Both the position numbers and the translations under genes were made by a program. DNA of 64,000 nucleotides, from the NCBI GenBank assembly GCA_947627805.1, contig CANQXB010000001.1, positions 24,836 to 88,835 of the forward strand, written 5' to 3'. The stretch comes from an uncultured Bacilli bacterium (GTDB lineage Bacteria; Bacillota_I; Bacilli_A; RF39; UBA660). The notes beneath the pieces were generated by a model. It was not told where the DNA came from. It searched no databases and saw only the letters and a program-made list of their open reading frames with translations. Shown in pieces: positions 49,740 to 59,493 of the stretch; the first letter of the stretch is position 1, and every line of letters starts with the position of its first letter.

Positions 49740-49768
49740 TTATATCATAAAAATTTTTATCTGTCTAG
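49740..49768 (-). promoter_or_regulatory. sigma-A-type promoter, TAGACA, 17 nt, TATAAT with TGn
   Basis: Minus-strand reading TAGACAgataaaaatttttatgaTATAAT. Confidence 0.5.
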
Positions 49769-49864
49769 GTAAATTTTATATTGAATCAGCTTTGACACTT
49801 GAAGTCACAGTTTGTGATTTCAAATTTAAACCTATCTCTCATTGGTAAAAAACAATACCTATAG

Positions 49865-49939
49865 TCTGCCTAGCAGGATTTGAACCTACGACACCTTGCT
49901 CCCAAAACAAGTGCGCTAACCAAACTGCGCTATAGACAG
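49865..49939 (-). tRNA. tRNA-Pro (anticodon TGG), CCA not encoded
   Basis: CTGTCTA-TA-GCGC/AGTTTGGTTA/GCGC-A-CTTGT/TTTGGGA/GCAAG-GTGTC-GTAGG/TTCAAAT/CCTGC-TAGGCAG-A; flanked by inverted repeat TACCTATAG / CTATAGGTA. Confidence 0.75.
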
Positions 49940-49949
49940 GCTATAGGTA

Positions 49950-50249
49950 TTACAACTCTTCTAAGAAAACCTCAATCTTCTTAGCAAGAACAGCTTTTGT
50001 TTTGCGGCCCCGCACAAGATCATCTTTAATTTCATATAAAAATTCTGTCATTTCATTTATATCTTGTGCTTTTGAATCGTTCCGATATTCATAATAATCA
50101 CGATCCTCAGTTGCTGCATATAATTGAGCTTTTAAATTTTCTACTTCATCTTGACAGAGATACTGTCTAACATCATTAATTTCGTCACTGTCAAAGCCAG
50201 CTTCCCGCAAACTTTCTTCACAAGAATATTGACTATAGATGAATTTCAT
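49950..50249 (-). CDS. acidic hypothetical protein
   Basis: 99-aa ORF with a long structured leader. Confidence 0.45.
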   Translation of the reverse strand: MKFIYSQYSCEESLREAGFDSDEINDVRQYLCQDEVENLKAQLYAATEDRDYYEYRNDSKAQDINEMTEFLYEIKDDLVRGRKTKAVLAKKIEVFLEEL

Positions 50250-50541
50250 ATTTATTCCTTTCTTTTGGAATAAAAATTTTTTTCTGGTGGAGCTGCTGAC
50301 TTACGATAGCCAGGTCCTAACATACTAATTACTAAATCCTTAATATAATCTAAAAGATAAAATTAGTTAATAAATGTGCCTTTTAATGATTCTTCCTCGC
50401 ACGTAAAAGGCATCGGTGCGAGGTATAGGCTTATGCTGCCATTGCAAAATTAAATTTGTCAGTTAATTTTTTAAAGGTGATTACAGATTTAGCTTTCATA
50501 TCCTAGTCGAATCCTTTCAGCCCCTTTCTCATTATATTAAT

Positions 50542-50571
50542 ATTATAACATATTTATTATCTGGCTGTCAA
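50542..50571 (-). promoter_or_regulatory. sigma-A-type promoter, TTGACA, 18 nt, TATAAT with TGn
   Basis: Minus-strand reading TTGACAgccagataataaatatgtTATAAT. Confidence 0.45.
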
Positions 50572-50574
50572 GAT

Positions 50575-51132
50575 TTACATTATAAAGAACTCTGAAAATT
50601 CATTTGTATTATAACAAGTAGGACCACTATAAACTCCACTTGCGTTACCACGATAAATTTCAAAATGAAGATGCGGGCCTGTACTATTTCCAGTAGACCC
50701 AACCACCCCAATTTGTTCACCTTTCCGCACATGTTGTCCAAAAGTAACACGAATGTCAGGCTGATGCGCGTAAGCAGTAGTCAAATTTAAATCTGGGTGA
50801 TATATTTGTACATAATAGCCATAAGTGCCGCACCACCCCGCATAAATTATTTCACCATTGGCAGCTGCATAAATAGGAGTATACATAGTCGCGGGAATAT
50901 CGCAAGCAGGATGCCCCGCGTAAGTAGTATAATATGAGTTATCTGTTAGTGGCCATAGTAAACGGCCATCAGTTGAATGTCGCGCACCACCACCATCAGG
51001 AATCCATATTGAATAAGTAATCCCTGGAAGAGGAGAAAGTGGAATCCGCACTTCTTGTGCGGAAGCTACAGTAGGTAACATAAATAGACATAGTAATGCA
51101 GTTATGCAACTGCCGCATATTTTGTGTAACAT
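50575..51132 (-). CDS. secreted M23/LytM-family peptidase
   Basis: Signal peptide plus HxxxD and GPHLHFEIY motifs. Confidence 0.7.
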   Translation of the reverse strand: MLHKICGSCITALLCLFMLPTVASAQEVRIPLSPLPGITYSIWIPDGGGARHSTDGRLLWPLTDNSYYTTYAGHPACDIPATMYTPIYAAANGEIIYAGWCGTYGYYVQIYHPDLNLTTAYAHQPDIRVTFGQHVRKGEQIGVVGSTGNSTGPHLHFEIYRGNASGVYSGPTCYNTNEFSEFFIM

Positions 51133-51285
51133 AACAAACCTTTCTCTGAACTATTTTAGCGCAATCCAGCGATACCACGAGGAGGTATAGTTCTAATCGC
51201 CACAAATAATAACGCGGCAGGGGATAATAGTTCACCCTACCGCGCCATCCTATAAATTAAAAAATCTTAATTAAAGATTGTTAAA

Positions 51286-51843
51286 TTAAAGCCGAGAAAC
51301 TAAAGAATAAATATATTTTTCTAAATCAGAAGGATTATCTTTTTTATAATTTAGCAAGTCAGATATATTATAACTATTGGTAGAATAATTATATTTAGGA
51401 CCTGCTTGCTGTTTTTGAAGAAGTTTGCAATATTTATTTAAAAGTTTACTATAATCACCACTAACTTTATTATACTTGTTTTCTAGTTCTTCATATGCTT
51501 CTTCTAATTCTTCATATTCATCTATTGAAACATCTTGTGGTGACTCTTTTTCCTCTTGAAGCTGTTTCTCAAACTCGTCAAAGCCTTCTTCTAGTCCTCC
51601 ATTCAACTCATCACAGACCTCTGTAATAGTTTCACCTTCTGCGGTGACTTCAATTTCATATCCCTCCGCAGTATGTACAGTTACTTCGCCTGAAGCACCC
51701 GCATCATCTTTACTAATAGAAACTGTATAAGTAATTTGATCTGTCATTTTATCTCCTTTTTCATCAATAATTAGTATATAAATCTCTTGTACCTGCCGCG
51801 CACCCTGAATCATATACTTTTCCCTGTCCATATGGTGTATCAA
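51286..51843 (-). CDS. acidic hypothetical protein
   Basis: 185-aa ORF. Confidence 0.4.
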   Translation of the reverse strand: MIHHMDREKYMIQGARQVQEIYILIIDEKGDKMTDQITYTVSISKDDAGASGEVTVHTAEGYEIEVTAEGETITEVCDELNGGLEEGFDEFEKQLQEEKESPQDVSIDEYEELEEAYEELENKYNKVSGDYSKLLNKYCKLLQKQQAGPKYNYSTNSYNISDLLNYKKDNPSDLEKYIYSLVSRL

Positions 51844-52546
51844 TTACATCACCATATGCATCAGAAGAAGAAGCTACAACAATATTACCTTCTTCGTCAC
51901 AAACAAATCCACGTTCATCAACATGGCGGCCTGGTATTGATAAACCTTCTCCTGGAAGCATATTTTGACTATACCACGTATACCTCCATCCATTTTGATA
52001 TACTACACCAGCATTTTTAAAATCACTAGAATAACTATTATCGTAATTATTAGTAATTGGAATAAATGTGTCAGAATGATTAATTGAAGTAGATGCATCA
52101 GAATAATTAACTGGATTTTGTTGAGTAGTTATTGTATCTTTTGTGGATTGCGCTTCTGCTTGTATTAAATCTACTCCATTAAGAATACCATGAATTTCTT
52201 TAATAGAATGCGACGTAGCCATAGTGATTGACATTTGTTCTAATACATTTAATTGTTCTTCTGTTAAATATCCACTATATTGAATTATTGTATCTGCAAT
52301 ATAAGTTGCATATCTAGCTTTTATATCACTAATTTCTTGTAACCATTCATCTAAATTATCAAAACCATCTGACTCGTACCAATCTGCAGGAACTTTTAAA
52401 TCTTGTACTTCTTCATTAAATGTTGTTTGCGAAACTGTTTGTTCTTCTTGTTGAATATAATTAATATGACTATAATATCCAATACAAATAGCACATAGGA
52501 TAATTAGAATACCTGCGATAGTACCAAGAATAATTTTTCTTTTCAA
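51764..52546 (-). CDS. membrane-anchored protein with C-terminal 3D (MltA-like) domain
   Basis: N-terminal TM helix; GRHVDERGFVCDEEGNIVVASSSDAYGDVIDTPYGQGKVYDSGCAAGTRDLY. Confidence 0.5.
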   Translation of the reverse strand: MKRKIILGTIAGILIILCAICIGYYSHINYIQQEEQTVSQTTFNEEVQDLKVPADWYESDGFDNLDEWLQEISDIKARYATYIADTIIQYSGYLTEEQLNVLEQMSITMATSHSIKEIHGILNGVDLIQAEAQSTKDTITTQQNPVNYSDASTSINHSDTFIPITNNYDNSYSSDFKNAGVVYQNGWRYTWYSQNMLPGEGLSIPGRHVDERGFVCDEEGNIVVASSSDAYGDVIDTPYGQGKVYDSGCAAGTRDLYTNY

Positions 52547-52581
52547 TCATTTCACCTTCTCAAAATAAAAAGTGTATTTAA

Positions 52582-53409
52582 TTATATATCAAAATCAGAA
52601 GATTCAAATGATTCACTTTCGTCCGCTCGCACACCAATATTATTATTCATTAAAGTAAAAGCTGTATCCAAAAGTAGCTTACATTTATGACACCTACAAT
52701 TCATATCATAAGCACACTTCCGCCCGCATCTCATTTTATAATCAATAATTTCACTTTGTATATAACTATTGCCTGGAATAGGTACGTTTAAACCAGTAAT
52801 AATTTCTTGTAGATTACCACGCCAATGTTGCTTTTCAAACCAAGCCCTATAATAGACTCCAAATTTATCCCAGTTATAAGGACTACCGCAATCAAATTCT
52901 ACTACATCAATATAATTTTTATATCTCTCGAATGCTTGCGGTGCAAAGAACATACCTTTTTCAGGCTGAGATTCAATTGCACTACTTTGCATATGATTCA
53001 AAATTATTCGCACTTCTGTCCATTCTTGAATTTGCGGCAACTTGTATAAGAGGTCTCCCGCAGGATAGATTGCGCACACTCCAACAGCAAGAAGATCTTG
53101 AAATAAAACAAAATTATCTACTGGATCCTGTGTAAAGAAACTTACGCGGGAATCTCTTAATTCCGCCGCATGTTCCCGCAATTGTTGACGAGTTAACTTA
53201 CATGAAACATGCGGGTGTATCCTTTGGAGTGTTCGCATAAGAGATGCATCTACACTATCAAACATAATAACTAATCTGTGATCTTGATACTCTTCAGCAA
53301 ACTCAATTAATTTTTCAAAAGAATTACGCTTATTATTATATTTAAGAATTAATTCTCCCATTTTATCTGTATATTTATTATTAAGTGCAAACGGTCCAGC
53401 TAATATCAT
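52582..53409 (-). CDS. hypothetical protein
   Basis: 275-aa ORF. Confidence 0.45.
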   Translation of the reverse strand: MILAGPFALNNKYTDKMGELILKYNNKRNSFEKLIEFAEEYQDHRLVIMFDSVDASLMRTLQRIHPHVSCKLTRQQLREHAAELRDSRVSFFTQDPVDNFVLFQDLLAVGVCAIYPAGDLLYKLPQIQEWTEVRIILNHMQSSAIESQPEKGMFFAPQAFERYKNYIDVVEFDCGSPYNWDKFGVYYRAWFEKQHWRGNLQEIITGLNVPIPGNSYIQSEIIDYKMRCGRKCAYDMNCRCHKCKLLLDTAFTLMNNNIGVRADESESFESSDFDI

Positions 53410-54878
53410 ATATGTCCTTCCAACAAAGCTGTATAAAAATCTAAATATTCTTTATCCGATTCACAAAGATTTTTTGCTATAAAATGCCCTTCTTCTATAT
53501 CATATCGCAATTCTTCTTGCGCGCATGATTCACACATTTTAGTATATGTTATGCCACCTGTAATTACATTATATACGGGTATTAAATATACTTCATCTGG
53601 ATCATAATGAGATTCGCAACATTCGCATAGTTCTTTATTTAAACAATTATAACAAACGATTTCACATGCTTCTCCGCAATCATCCTCAATTAGCGGTTCC
53701 CCGCATACAACGCAATGAGCAGTTGCCCCAATACTAATATCTATGGTTTTAGGAACATAATTGCGGGAACATACAAAAGGATAAGATGGGTTATTAGGAA
53801 AATCATTATATACTAATCCATGAGAAACAAAGAAAATTCGATGTGCTCTCTCATTAGTAGTAGGAGACCAATCCCAATATAGAGAATCTTTATATTCTTC
53901 TTGTTTATATTGGTAATTCCATTTGAGGTTTTCCTTAACCAAATCTTCGATGCCGGAAAGCGCGGCACAGTCAATTGATTTAGAATGGAATGGATAACTT
54001 TTACCTATAATTGCAATATGTTTATTAACAAAAGCAAAAGCTCTCCAAAATTTATTTGGTAGAGGTTGTCGCATTCCTGATACTTGCATATCTTTACTAT
54101 GTTTAGCATATACAATTAAACAATTTTTACTTCCAAGATATTCAAGAATACCTGCTCTATATGCTCCTGGACGCCTAAAATCGAGGCATGAGGTCCAGCC
54201 GCAATGATTATCACTTGCCATCAATATATCTAAAGGATGAATACTAATTACAATAGACCGCGGACGTGTGCTGCGGGTGCGTATATTTGAGATTGCATCA
54301 CACCAACGTGTAAATAATGGTAAAATATTTTTTTGTATTTTTTCATCTAAGCACATTATAATTTTGCGGATGCCTTTAATTGGTTTACATCCTTCAGGAA
54401 TTTTTACTTTTTTACCGTTAACAGTAAATTCATAAGTCTTTTGGACACGTTGTTCTGCAATTTGTTTATAGCTAAACAAACACGTAAGATCAAAAACATC
54501 TTCTTCTTTGATAAATGGAAAGACATTATAAAAAAATCGTGCTACAAATATATCTTGGAACACATTTTGTAAAGAATCTTCATCCATGTTCATATATATT
54601 TTAGCTTCCCACGTATCAATGGGATAAAAATTATAAATAGTAGATAAGTCTTGAGCGATTACATCAGTTGAGTCATTAAATAAAGATACATCAACAGGAA
54701 TTTCAACTCTAAGTTTACCGCCAAGAGCTTTACAAAGAGTTGTTTTATTTTTATTCCAGTCACCTAATAAATCTTCTATAGGTAATAGATACTCATCATG
54801 AGGATAACTAACAGATAATTGATAATAATTATATATATCGTGTAATTCATCTTCTGATAAAAGATCAATAGGATACAT
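53406..54878 (-). CDS. hypothetical protein with Cys-rich C-terminal Zn-binding region
   Basis: 490 aa with multiple CxxC pairs near the C-terminus. Confidence 0.5.
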   Translation of the reverse strand: MYPIDLLSEDELHDIYNYYQLSVSYPHDEYLLPIEDLLGDWNKNKTTLCKALGGKLRVEIPVDVSLFNDSTDVIAQDLSTIYNFYPIDTWEAKIYMNMDEDSLQNVFQDIFVARFFYNVFPFIKEEDVFDLTCLFSYKQIAEQRVQKTYEFTVNGKKVKIPEGCKPIKGIRKIIMCLDEKIQKNILPLFTRWCDAISNIRTRSTRPRSIVISIHPLDILMASDNHCGWTSCLDFRRPGAYRAGILEYLGSKNCLIVYAKHSKDMQVSGMRQPLPNKFWRAFAFVNKHIAIIGKSYPFHSKSIDCAALSGIEDLVKENLKWNYQYKQEEYKDSLYWDWSPTTNERAHRIFFVSHGLVYNDFPNNPSYPFVCSRNYVPKTIDISIGATAHCVVCGEPLIEDDCGEACEIVCYNCLNKELCECCESHYDPDEVYLIPVYNVITGGITYTKMCESCAQEELRYDIEEGHFIAKNLCESDKEYLDFYTALLEGHI

Positions 54879-54887
54879 CTTTTTCCT

Positions 54888-55136
54888 CTACTCTATAATA
54901 TCAATCTCTTCATCTATTCTATCTTTACTATATTGCGGAAGCATTAAATAATCTAAATTATATTCTTCAAAAAAACCATTCATTTGTTCAAAAGTTACTT
55001 TACCATTATATGTATCTTTTATTTCTTGTATCATCTCTTCTGTTCTCGCGGCTAAATCATTTTCTATCATTGAAAACATACCAGCATTAGGGGGGAATAA
55101 TTGTGGTGGAAAAATTTGTGTAAAATCTTCTTCCAT
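54888..55136 (-). CDS. hypothetical acidic protein
   Basis: 82-aa ORF. Confidence 0.4.
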   Translation of the reverse strand: MEEDFTQIFPPQLFPPNAGMFSMIENDLAARTEEMIQEIKDTYNGKVTFEQMNGFFEEYNLDYLMLPQYSKDRIDEEIDIIE

Positions 55137-55167
55137 ATTAACTCCTTTACTCTATTTACTATAATAT

Positions 55168-55196
55168 ATTATATCATAAAGGAATTATTTTGTCTA
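55168..55196 (-). promoter_or_regulatory. sigma-A-type promoter, TAGACA, 17 nt, TATAAT with TGn
   Basis: Minus-strand reading TAGACAaaataattcctttatgaTATAAT. Confidence 0.5.
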
Positions 55197-55220
55197 ATAG
55201 ATTTTTAGACAAAGTTATAA

Positions 55221-55251
55221 AAATAAAAAAAGTGCGGAAACCCGCACTTTT
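55221..55251. terminator. bidirectional rho-independent terminator downstream of the Ro60-like gene
   Basis: AAAAAAA-GTGCGG-aaac-CCGCAC-TTTT. Confidence 0.65.
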
Positions 55252-56707
55252 AATAATGAATTGCTTGAATTACTTCTTCTAGTTTTAATCCTTGGTTTGC
55301 CTCCATATATGGGAACAATTTAAATACTTTATCATTTAGTGCGGTCATTAGATGAACATAAGGATTATTTGGATTAGCAATCTGTCCTTTGTAATTGCCT
55401 AAGTCAAAACTAAATATATCTGTACGACCATATTTTGTACAATAACGATTATAAGAATTAACAGTATTCTCACGACTATTATAATAATGGTCTTCCATTG
55501 TTTGCATATCACTAATAAGAAAGATGCGGTCAACTTTTTCATCTAATTGATTGAATGCTTTTGGAACATTAGTGCCATATCCTAGATTTTCTTCATCAAT
55601 CATATGTTCAATACTAACAAATGGATTAAATCTAATTGCATTTGTATCATAATTTTTCTTTTTAGCTGAAGTGCCAAATTTAATGAATACACTTTCAGGA
55701 TTTTGAATCAATAGAGTCGCCGCATATACTGCGCCAACTTCTTTAAGAGTAATAACACTCTTAGGTGACATGCGACAATCCATAGACCCAGATATATCAA
55801 GCATAATAGCTGTGCGGCCATCCAGCTGGGGAATATTTCCAACAGCCGCATAGAATGCTTGTTGAAGAGCATCAATTAAATTACCTGGCACAATATCTTT
55901 AATCTCACGATAAGCCGCATAAATTTGATATGGAAATACTAATGATTTATAGATTGCTATTTGATTACATACTTGGCCGCAAAGATATTTAGTAATCCAC
56001 TCTCTTGAAACTCCGCTTTGTAAAATATTGCGGAGATTGCGGATGAGCGCTAAATATCCAAGTTGCTTTTTCTCAACTAGATTTTGCCAAGCCTTACAAC
56101 GTTCTTCTTCTGACTGCTGTTGAGAAATATTACGTTCCCACGTATCAATTTCTGAATATTGTTCATATACAAACTTATCAATATGCGGGGAAGTTGCATG
56201 AGTAATTCTAATTAAATCATGCATATTATATTTTTTACCCTTTAGCTTATATTTTGCTAATTGGTAACCTGTTAACTGTGAGAGATAATCGCAAATACCT
56301 CGAACCACCGCATGAGATCTCTTTTGTCCCATCATCTCAATTGCCGCGAATAGTTCTGCCGCGTCATCAGGTCTATGCGGGAAGTGCGCATAGAACTGAC
56401 GTTTATTAGCAAATTGGAGGTCATTAAGATACGCCGCTACTAAAGTAGCCGCGCTCCGCATTCCAAGTTCATTACGAGCAAAGTAAGCGCCCTTTGCCGC
56501 AAATTCTGGCCCCTTAGTATCAATTACTTTTTGAGTCAGATCAAGGAAACGAGTTGTTTGTTCTGTTTCTGTTTCATAAAATTTATCTGAGAGGAAAGAT
56601 GAAAACATAAAATTAATCCAATCCTCTGTTGGATTTTTTTGATACAACTCTGCGCCCTCGTATGATATTGTTTTAGGTGCTTCTTGCTTCATATTAAATT
56701 TGGACAT
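55250..56707 (-). CDS. Ro60-like RNA-binding protein (TROVE domain plus C-terminal vWA domain with MIDAS motif)
   Basis: 485 aa; MIDAS LDISGSM with downstream GYGTNV and LISDMQT metal-site equivalents; N-terminal alpha-helical-repeat region consistent with TROVE; assignment from motif layout only. Confidence 0.55.
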   Translation of the reverse strand: MSKFNMKQEAPKTISYEGAELYQKNPTEDWINFMFSSFLSDKFYETETEQTTRFLDLTQKVIDTKGPEFAAKGAYFARNELGMRSAATLVAAYLNDLQFANKRQFYAHFPHRPDDAAELFAAIEMMGQKRSHAVVRGICDYLSQLTGYQLAKYKLKGKKYNMHDLIRITHATSPHIDKFVYEQYSEIDTWERNISQQQSEEERCKAWQNLVEKKQLGYLALIRNLRNILQSGVSREWITKYLCGQVCNQIAIYKSLVFPYQIYAAYREIKDIVPGNLIDALQQAFYAAVGNIPQLDGRTAIMLDISGSMDCRMSPKSVITLKEVGAVYAATLLIQNPESVFIKFGTSAKKKNYDTNAIRFNPFVSIEHMIDEENLGYGTNVPKAFNQLDEKVDRIFLISDMQTMEDHYYNSRENTVNSYNRYCTKYGRTDIFSFDLGNYKGQIANPNNPYVHLMTALNDKVFKLFPYMEANQGLKLEEVIQAIHY

Positions 56708-56965
56708 TATCTCTCCTTATATATCTCACGGGGAAATACTATAGAAGGTAATATGATAGCTTATCATGTCAGCTATGTTTTCCTTATTATATACTGAAGT
56801 AACCTTCTAACCATCACCCGCAACTTACATAAATGGGCACTATATTAATAATGCCCTTAGATAGAGAAAGGAAAAAAGGTACAAATAAGGACATACTTAA
56901 AAAAGTGTTTACATACCATCCTTTATATGAAGTAACTTTTTTACCATCACTTATTTGATATTTAT

Positions 56966-56994
56966 ATTATATATTAATTTTTTTATATTGTCAA
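56966..56994 (-). promoter_or_regulatory. sigma-A-type promoter, TTGACA, 17 nt, TATAAT, driving the Ro60-like gene through a roughly 250-nt leader
   Basis: Minus-strand reading TTGACAatataaaaaaattaataTATAAT. Confidence 0.5.
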
Positions 56995-56999
56995 ATTTT

Positions 57000-57029
57000 T
57001 TGACATGTTTTTTACAATTATGGTATAAT
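57000..57029 (+). promoter_or_regulatory. divergent plus-strand promoter, TTGACA, 18 nt, TGnTATAAT
   Basis: TTGACAtgttttttacaattatggTATAAT, 22 nt upstream of the RBS of ORF 57052. Confidence 0.55.
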
Positions 57030-57051
57030 AAATTTAAAAGAGAGGAGTTTT

Positions 57052-57354
57052 ATGGACGATAAAAAATATATTAAGTTGTTATGTAGTGATTGTGACAATC
57101 AAAATATATGCGTATATGGAGATAAATATTGTTGGTGGTTAGACCAAGAAAATATTGGATGTACTAGATTAGTTGATTCTGAAACGCATGATGAATATTT
57201 TTATCGTACAAATGAAGAACTACCTTTATTTTTAGCCAATCCAAAAGTCAATGAAGAACAAAAGATAAAGAAGTTCAATGAGCTTTTGGATTGGCTTGAT
57301 AAGTTCATATACTCCGCACCTATAGGAAGGATATGCGGGAGTCCGCAAGATTAA
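57052..57354 (+). CDS. Cys-rich hypothetical protein
   Basis: 100 aa; RBS AGAGGAG. Confidence 0.5.
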   Translation: MDDKKYIKLLCSDCDNQNICVYGDKYCWWLDQENIGCTRLVDSETHDEYFYRTNEELPLFLANPKVNEEQKIKKFNELLDWLDKFIYSAPIGRICGSPQD

Positions 57355-57704
57355 TTATAATTCTTGCGCTGTTTCATTTGCTCCAAATATGCGCGTCCTT
57401 TGTCTGTTAAAACATATACCGCATCATCGTCGTCCTTATCCTCATCGTCTTCTTGGTCATCTTTAAAGAAATCCTCAAACAGCTTATAAATAGCTCTCAT
57501 GTGTGATTCATACTCTTCATAGCGCCAATCAGAAAAACAATCTTGGCAGATATGTCGTTCCCGTACTTTGAACAGGTTTCTGTCTGGGACAAAAAAAGTA
57601 TTAATGTAATCACCAAAGAGCCCAGGATGCTCAGAATCCTCAACAAAGGACTGCCCGCATACGTCACAACGAAAACGATAAAGTTTCTCTTGTCCTACGT
57701 ACAT
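57351..57704 (-). CDS. acidic zinc-finger protein
   Basis: CDVCGQ...CQDC; D/E-rich C-terminus. Confidence 0.45.
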   Translation of the reverse strand: MYVGQEKLYRFRCDVCGQSFVEDSEHPGLFGDYINTFFVPDRNLFKVRERHICQDCFSDWRYEEYESHMRAIYKLFEDFFKDDQEDDEDKDDDDAVYVLTDKGRAYLEQMKQRKNYN

Positions 57705-57723
57705 TTTTTGTTCCTTTCTCTCT

Positions 57724-57951
57724 TTATTTTACTTTGCGAATCTCAAATACTACACCTTGTTTAGGCTTATGCGCATTAAGAAAGTCTTGTGCATCTTCTT
57801 TTGTTGCAAAAGAAAAAGCATCATCTAATTTAGTAACTCTTTCTCCTTTTTCATTAATAGCACGAAAACTACTATCAGGTCCCATATATTTATGAGTATC
57901 TGTATTATAAATAGCTTCAGTTCTCTTACCATATACTAGATATTGGCCCAT
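57724..57951 (-). CDS. hypothetical protein
   Basis: 75-aa ORF. Confidence 0.4.
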   Translation of the reverse strand: MGQYLVYGKRTEAIYNTDTHKYMGPDSSFRAINEKGERVTKLDDAFSFATKEDAQDFLNAHKPKQGVVFEIRKVK

Positions 57952-57973
57952 ATATTCTCCTTATAATTATTTT

Positions 57974-58207
57974 TTAAATAATTTTTATTGGAGGTTCATT
58001 ATAACCTTTTATTTTATTTTTGTCAAGTATCCGCGGTGATGACTTATGAGATACATAAACACCAGAGCGAGATAAATCTGGAGTAATATCATCTTTACCG
58101 GCCTTAGAAATTTTTACAGCTAACCTTTTAAGACTTTTGGGAAGTGTTTTGTCGAGTATGGGATTTGTCATAGCACGCAAAACCATAACATCGCAAGGAT
58201 AAAACAA
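57974..58207 (-). CDS. hypothetical protein
   Basis: 77-aa ORF. Confidence 0.35.
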   Translation of the reverse strand: MFYPCDVMVLRAMTNPILDKTLPKSLKRLAVKISKAGKDDITPDLSRSGVYVSHKSSPRILDKNKIKGYNEPPIKII

Positions 58208-58347
58208 GATATAGTTAATATCATAGAAGACGATATTAAAATATAAAACACTGCTTGATAGTCTTTCATTTCAATACCTAAATTTATTATTATTACTACT
58301 TAATATTGCAAAGATAATACCTATTAATAATAATATTAATCCAAGTA

Positions 58348-58584
58348 TTAATCCATACATTGAAACTCCCAATCTTCTTCCCGTAAACAATCTTCATAAG
58401 TTGGAAAAAATGTTTCTCCTCTATGATTAATCCAATCATATGCAATTGGAACATTAGCCCAAGCTAATACTTGTCGGCAAAGTCTCTTCTCTCTCTCAGA
58501 AAGTTCATCACTATTAAGCAATTGCTCAATTTTGCGGGTCTTAATGCGGGGATCTCTATCCATGAAATAATCAATATCAATCAT
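58348..58584 (-). CDS. hypothetical protein
   Basis: 78-aa ORF. Confidence 0.4.
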   Translation of the reverse strand: MIDIDYFMDRDPRIKTRKIEQLLNSDELSEREKRLCRQVLAWANVPIAYDWINHRGETFFPTYEDCLREEDWEFQCMD

Positions 58585-58598
58585 TATTCTTCCTCATT

Positions 58599-59423
58599 TC
58601 AATAGTACCTAGCGAAAATTTCATCATTCTCTACATAGGCAAAATCATCACATACACACCGCATCTGTGAGACTTCTTCATCGCCCCAATCTTCAAAGCT
58701 ATCTTTATGATAGTGGCCATGAATCCAAGGAATTTGCGGGAACTTGCGATAGACACCTTCTAGGATGCGCTGTCCCGCGGTTGTCGCATCGAAGGGCAGG
58801 TCATATTCTTTATTATAATTTAAAGAAATATGCGATGGTGCATCATGAGAAACAATTACATCTGGAGTAAAACTCATTGTTGCGAGAACCAATTTCACAC
58901 CTGTATAATCAACATCCTCATTTTCCCACCAAGAACGATGATTACACCGCACACTCTCAAAACGACTGCGGTAAAGATAATATCTCTCCATATCTTCTGG
59001 ATCACTAGGGTTGGCTGGCGTATGCCACAGGTCATGCGAAGCTGCACCAGGAATCAAAAAGAATTTTTGACCCGCAATTTCACCCGCCCATGGTCTATCT
59101 ATAATATAAATGTTATCAAAATACTCACCATACATTACGAATTGCCGCACAGGATAATTACCAAGATAGATACTATCCATAGCGCCATATGCATCTCGAT
59201 CATCATGGTTGCCGCACATTGCATAGATAGGATAACCAAGGTTATTTAGGAAGTGCGCATATCGCAATTCTCTTTGCATATCTTCAATTGTGTGGTCAGG
59301 AGAAAGAACTCCAAAAGGAATACCAAAGTCACCAGCAATGATTACCGCGTCAGCTTGATGTTTCTGCGGCCACTCCCGCAAAACTGGGCAGCCATGAATA
59401 TCGCCTGTAATGTAAACTGTCAT
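58599..59423 (-). CDS. calcineurin-like metallophosphoesterase (paralogue 3 of 3)
   Basis: GDIHGC...IAGDFG...CGNHDD motifs. Confidence 0.65.
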   Translation of the reverse strand: MTVYITGDIHGCPVLREWPQKHQADAVIIAGDFGIPFGVLSPDHTIEDMQRELRYAHFLNNLGYPIYAMCGNHDDRDAYGAMDSIYLGNYPVRQFVMYGEYFDNIYIIDRPWAGEIAGQKFFLIPGAASHDLWHTPANPSDPEDMERYYLYRSRFESVRCNHRSWWENEDVDYTGVKLVLATMSFTPDVIVSHDAPSHISLNYNKEYDLPFDATTAGQRILEGVYRKFPQIPWIHGHYHKDSFEDWGDEEVSQMRCVCDDFAYVENDEIFARYY

Positions 59424-59445
59424 TCTCTCTCCTTTCTTTTATTAT

Positions 59446-59474
59446 ATTATAACATTAAAAAATATTACTGTCTA
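59446..59474 (-). promoter_or_regulatory. sigma-A-type promoter, TAGACA, 17 nt, TATAAT with TGn
   Basis: Minus-strand reading TAGACAgtaatattttttaatgtTATAAT. Confidence 0.5.
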
Positions 59475-59493
59475 ATAGTTTTTTAGAATGCGG

